24,589 nucleotides of DNA, taken from assembly GCA_002269645.1 (NCBI GenBank), contig NIVC01005154.1, positions 1 to 24,589 of the forward strand, written 5' to 3'. The position numbers were made by a program, and so were the translations under genes. Below the pieces are notes generated by a model that was not told the DNA's origin, did not search any database, and saw nothing but the letters and a program-made list of their open reading frames with translations. Shown here in pieces: positions 20,501 through 24,589 of the stretch. Within the stretch, counting starts at the first letter, position 1, and each line of letters begins with the position of its first letter. The stretch comes from Macrostomum lignano. Lineage: Eukaryota.

Positions 20501-23500
20501 GCCGGTGTCTGCCGTAGGGACAGTCTGCCGGGCACTCGTCCAGCCTCGGGTTGCATTCTGAAAAATATGCGATTCTCGATATGGCTAAAACTTACGGGCC
20601 AATTTACTTCCTGAGAAAAATATCAAGGCTATGCTCACGTTTGCTCTCTACAGGGCAGAGATTCTCACAGTCGCTGAGACTCAAGAAAGCATTGCCCCGG
20701 AGCGTGGAGTTGCCGGCCGAGCAGAATTTTCTACCCAGCACGCGTTTGCACATCCGGCTGGCGGCGCTGAAGCTGTAGACGTCGCGCTGGAGCTCTGTGG
20801 GACAGACACTACGAGTACTTCGGCCGGGTGCTGGAGCCTCATCGCCAATATCGGAATGACAAATTTCCGGATTCCAAGTTTTCGGCAGTGCCGCTTGATT
20901 TTGAATGATAGATCGTTTAGCCCTCTGAGCCGAAGCCGCTGCGCCTGCAGTTTGAATCGCTTGCGTGTCGGCCTCGGGTGCGCACCTGGCCTGGCACTCC
21001 CGGTAGCTGCCGAACCTGTTGGGGTTTCCACCACAGCCGTTGTACAGGAAGCGGCTGCACTGCTTGGTGTCGTAGTTGTAGTAGTACCGCCACGACTGGG
21101 CCAGCAGTGGATTGGGACCGCCGCACAGGCGACCTTCCGAGACAGGGTGGAGGCACGGGTCATTTAACAGCGGTGTCTCGCACACATTGCGGCACTCGGC
21201 CAGGCTCAGAAGCGGTTTCGATTGCCCAGGCAGCCGCTGTAGCGCATCTCCTGGCAGCTGCCTGTGTCTGGATCGTAGCTGAACCGCAGAAGCGACTCGC
21301 CGCACGGCCCCGGGTCGGGCGCCAGGTAGCAGACGCGCTGCCGAAGCTCTGGGTAGCAGTGCCTCTTGCAGTCCGACCAGGTCACGAAGAAGTTCATGCC
21401 TTTGCGGCCTACGCCGCGCACCACCGAATCGCGGCAGGTGACGTCGCTTGCGTCGAAAAAATAGCTGACGTAGGCTGAGGATGCGTGCGACGACTTCTGG
21501 GAGGGCAGCGTTGGCGGCAGCTGGCAGCGGTCCTGCAGCATGTCCACCGAGGCCGATCGGCCAGAGCACAGGGCCCGGCGCTGGTGGCAGTCCCTACGGT
21601 TAGCGAATAGCTGCTGAGAATGTCGAGCGGCGCAGACAGCCGCGACGGACACCTCTTCGCAGTCTGAAGTTGGATCGCCAAGCTGCCAGCGGGTGACCAT
21701 CTGGACGTTTGGATTATCGTTGTCGATGCAGCCTGGCGGCCGTTGGCAAGACGGCTGAGATGCTCCTGCAAAAAAATAGTAAGCATTCTTATAGCTACTG
21801 CTATTGCTACAGCTACTGCTACAGCTACAGCTACTGCTACTGCTACAGCTACTGCTACAGCTACAGCTACAGCTACAGCTACAGCTACTGCTACAGCTAC
21901 AGCTACAGCTACTGCTACAGCTATTACTACAGCTACTGCTACAGCTACAGCTACAGCTATAGCTACTGCTACAGCTACTGCTACCGCTACAGCTACAGCT
22001 ACTGCTACAGCTACAGCTACAGCTACAGCTACAGCTACTGCTACAGCTATTACTACAGCTACCGCTACAGCTACAGCTACAGCTACAGCTACAGCTACAG
22101 CTACTGCTACAGCTACTGCTACAGCTATTACTACAGCTACCGCTACAGCTACAGCTACAGCTACAGCTACAGCTACAGCTACAGCTACAGCTACAGCTAC
22201 AGCTACAGCTACTGCTACAGCTACTGCTCTTTGCAATTCAGTCTCTTCTTGGCTGAAAATTTCACACTGAGCATGTAAACTCCAATGCACTAACTACTGT
22301 AATAGTATTACTACTACTGCTCCAAAAATGTCCAACAGCATCACCAACTCCATCAGCTCACTGAAATTCAGGCACGCATAGTGACAGTCCTCTTCAGTCT
22401 CGAAGTTGTTTGCGTTGCCTCCGCAGCCGGTGAATTTAAATGTCCGACATTGGCCGGTCCTTTCATCGAAGAAGTAGCGGGTCAGCCTCACAAGGTCAGA
22501 CATCGGGCAGGAGCCAGCGGATGGTGGCAGCTGGCAGACGCTGCTGAAGTTGGACTCTGGCAGCAGCAGCGGCGCCGGGCCGCCGACCCACCGGCTAGAA
22601 TGGCGGCGGCTGCTGGACTCCAGTGGGCCGCCGCTGCGCGCCGCGGCTTGTTGAGCGCCAGATCCCGCGGTGCTGCCGCAGATTCGCTCGCAGTCCATCA
22701 ATCCGAGGAAGCGGTTCCGGTTGCCCTGGCAACCGCTGTAGACGAATTCGCGACAGGTGCGCTCATTTGCATCGTAGAAGAAACGGACGTGACTCTCCTG
22801 GCAGGAGCCTTCATCCATGGGCAGGCTGCACACGTCTGCCGGTTGAATATCGAATGAAAACTGTCTACTAAGAATACACTGACGCATAGCAACTGCCTTG
22901 TTCTTTATTTAAACAAATAAACCCTTTTAAATGTCTATACTATCAGCGCCTCATGTCGACCCACCGTCACCGATTCGGGTAAAATCACCTCAAAACAATT
23001 CTGTCCCAGAACCAACATGAATGAACTGCACGACCTCAGCAATCCGAGCTAGGAATGCAAACAGCAATGAACGCAACAATAAAGGCCAGGTCGCAAGACG
23101 ATCGTCCGAACCTCGGCATGAATGAAGGCCAAAGCAACTTCTCAGCTAAAATCCCTCGGTCTAAATGTAACGACATCTATCCAGAAAATACATTCTCTGT
23201 GTAACTAAGGTGCAATAAAGTCCTAAAATTTTTGTCGCCCTGATTTAGGAGACTCCAAGCTGGCACCCCAAAACCCTCACCGGCCAGCGACTCGGGCATG
23301 CAGTGCTGTCTGCATTCATCCAGGCTGCCGAAGCTGTTGCCAGCCAGCGAGTCGTTCGGGCAGACTGTGCGGCGAATACACGCCCTGTGCTGTTCACTGT
23401 AAAAGTACATGTCCCTCGGGAACTCGCAGTGCCTCGCGTCCGAGTCCACGTCGAAGGATGCGTAACAGCGGTCTGAGACGGACAGATTTGTTCGATTTAC

Positions 23501-24589
23501 GAGTAGCTTCAGTTGATAACTTTAGTTATTTATGTTAAACATGCAGCAGTTTACATGTACAACAGCTTGCTAGGAACAAACATAAAAAATGCCACAATGC
23601 TGTCCCAGGCCACCAGCCACGCACTCACCCTGCACAATGCTGTCCGTGGCCTGACTGACGCAAGTCTCGCTGCAGGTGACTCTATCCACAAAGAAGCTGA
23701 CTTTTCCAACGAGGCTTCGACACTCCAGGCTTTCCTTGAGAGCAACGGGCAGACAGGCGCCTATCTTGGCCGAGTAGCGGTAGTGCTGGACGCTGCCCCG
23801 GTCTGTCGTCTCTGCTGAGAAGTCCAAGCAGGCCTGAGCTGCGCTGGTCATTGTGCAGCGCGAGTTCAAATCCTCTGAGAGATAGAAGAGAGGACTTAGC
23901 AAACTTTCTCTGGTTCGAATGGTTCACTAGTTGACTTAGCACGAACCTGCAGTCTTCGCAAGCAATGCACATGTCATGCTCGTAGGTTGACGAGAAATTG
24001 CACTAACAGTCAAATTATAATTTAACAGTGTTTTCAAGACCCCTGAAGTCAATCTTACTTTTGAATCGGTCCAAGCAGTTCTTCTCGCACATCTCTTGCG
24101 TGTCAAAGCGATTTGCTGAGCCCGTTACCAATAACCGAGTATTCGTAGGGGGCGCAACTACCGTCGTTTGGCAAGTAGCCAAAGGCATGCCGGGCGGTCT
24201 TCGCCGTGTTGGACAGCATCGATTGCACACCGCTGAACCCTCCAGTCTCCTGAAGACAGGCTCGTAGCCTGTGGTGTGGACAAGGCTTCAGTAGCTACTG
24301 AATTTCAAAGTGACTGTGCTAAAGCTTCAAAACCCTGCATCTGCCGGAGCTTCAAACCTTAAACGCACAAGAGAAAAAGCAATAGCAACTGAAACAAGAT
24401 GCACAAAATTCACTTACCAAGTACCCGGGGCGCCGCCTGAGATCGTCTAACCCGATTAGACCGGTCGCACTGAACGCTCTTCCAGGGGGGCCCTCATCCT
24501 GGCTGCGGCAGAAGCTCAGTGGCACCTGGCGATCGCCAATTCGACAAGACGGCGTCATGATCCGCAGACCCAGAGCTCTACTGCAGTTT
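17497..24589 (-). CDS. Papilin-like secreted multidomain protein, 5'-truncated (about 10 Kunitz/BPTI-type modules, antistasin-like, 3 Ig, antistasin-like)
   Basis: Kunitz signatures (C-x8-C...F.Y.GC.GN.N.F....C...C), Ig motifs (W..DG, D.G.Y.C) and antistasin-type spacing (C.LKC.YGY..D.NGC..C.C). Twelve exons joined at GT-AG sites, mostly phase 1. Orthology to papilin is not proven because the N-terminal TSP1/ADAMTS-spacer region is outside the window. Confidence 0.8.
17873..18073 (-). CDS. Papilin-like exon, antistasin-like Cys-rich module 2
   Basis: Acceptor aatttgcag|, donor G|gtaatt; CQPSRCQLKCRYGYVNDANGCPTCDCVSPC. Confidence 0.85.
18262..18669 (-). CDS. Papilin-like exon, end of Ig2 and Ig3 (frame break at about 18371-18415)
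   Basis: Acceptor gacgcgcag|; EGVYLCQAGNSIG, LLLTCASLGGHPAP..FWYK, then LHLAALRREDAGRYFC in the -1 frame; donor A|gtaagc. Confidence 0.85.
18738..18907. mobile_element. Possible piggyBac-type MITE (170 bp) in an intron of the papilin-like gene
   Basis: TTAA|CCCGAA...TTCGGG|TTAA: TTAA duplication (18734-18737, 18908-18911) and CCC/GGG termini; TIR imperfect beyond 6 bp. Confidence 0.5.
19388..19709 (-). CDS. Papilin-like exon, end of Ig1 and start of Ig2
   Basis: Acceptor attatcgcag| (phase 2 matches); AELSDSGAYRC and LVCEVRGQPPPTVRWFR; donor GAG|gtacta. Confidence 0.85.
20047..20212 (-). CDS. Papilin-like exon, N-terminal half of Ig domain 1
   Basis: Acceptor ctacttgcag|, donor GG|gtgcgt; EGQPVRLAC...VVWKKDG. 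Confidence 0.85.
20358..20557 (-). CDS. Papilin-like exon, antistasin-like Cys-rich module 1 (frame break at about 20488-20515)
   Basis: Acceptor tatttttcag|, donor T|gtaaat; CNPRLDECPADCPYG then SGCRVCRCHDPC. Confidence 0.75.
20639..21765 (-). CDS. Papilin-like large exon, five Kunitz-type modules (3 degenerate, 2 canonical); frame break at about 21208
   Basis: Acceptor tttttttgcag|21765, donor C|gtgagc at 20638; ORF-track 21206..21700 joins 20604..21569 at GNRNRF/LSLAEC. Confidence 0.9.
21792..22228 (+). repeat. Hexamer microsatellite (TACAGC/TACTGC)n
   Basis: Direct reading; source of the poly-VA, poly-AT and poly-YS ORFs. Confidence 0.98.
22362..22835 (-). CDS. Papilin-like exon, two canonical 6-Cys Kunitz domains
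   Basis: DVCSLPMDEGSC...YSGCQGNRNRF...CERIC and VCQLPPSAGSC...FTGCGGNANNFETEEDCHYAC; phase 1 at both ends. Confidence 0.95.
23281..23472 (-). CDS. Papilin-like exon, degenerate Kunitz-like module
   Basis: Acceptor ccgtctcag|, donor G|gtgagg; DRC...HCEFPRDMYFYSEQHRAC...GNSFGSLDECRQHC. Confidence 0.85.
23629..23874 (-). CDS. Papilin-like exon, degenerate Kunitz-like module
   Basis: Acceptor ctatctctcag|, donor G|gtgagt; RC...HYRYSAKIGAC...FFVDRVTCSETC. Confidence 0.8.
24059..24268 (-). CDS. Papilin-like exon, degenerate Kunitz module split over frames
   Basis: Acceptor caccacag|24268, donor A|gtaaga; FGYLPNDGSCAPYEYS and ANRFDTQEMCEKNC lie in different frames. Confidence 0.75.
24418..24589 (-). 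CDS. Papilin-like exon, partial (runs to the window edge)
   Basis: GC-rich, open to the window end; strong donor TTG|gtaagt at 24417; reading frame at the junction is ambiguous. Confidence 0.55.

Noticed and set aside
21409-22290. Long poly-VA, poly-AT and poly-YS ORFs
   Set aside because: Frames through a hexamer microsatellite inside a phase-1 GT-AG intron

Overview
Eukaryotic, intron-rich genomic DNA with GC-rich exons and repeat-filled introns. The style suggests a flatworm such as Macrostomum, but that is inference only. Two convergent, truncated genes dominate. (1) + strand, 355 to 8649 or 10940: the 3' part of a Ral GTPase-activating protein alpha subunit gene (RALGAPA1/2 family), with 7 splice-phase-consistent exons, an intact Rap/Ran-GAP domain (HLGNDEV Asn thumb) and two candidate alternative last exons. 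(2) - strand, 24589 to about 17497: the 3' part of a papilin-like extracellular protein, with about 10 canonical and degenerate Kunitz modules followed by antistasin-like / Ig x3 / antistasin-like. Both genes carry single-base frame breaks inside otherwise conserved motifs, most simply long-read assembly indels. Most RalGAP introns hold their own micro- or minisatellite; one is an array of CAG|GT splice-junction mimics. The 8.7-17.5 kb interval holds TIR elements carrying tandem-repeat cargo, a foldback element, a C-rich minisatellite and two unexplained coding-like islands, one a candidate small secreted Cys-rich protein. A piggyBac-type MITE sits in an intron of the minus-strand gene. I found no CRISPR array, rRNA, tRNA or autonomous transposase, and nothing I can firmly call a new system. 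Best leads: the splice-site minisatellite, the 14.7-15.2 kb Cys-rich island, the alternative RalGAP last exons and the Kunitz/antistasin/Ig architecture.
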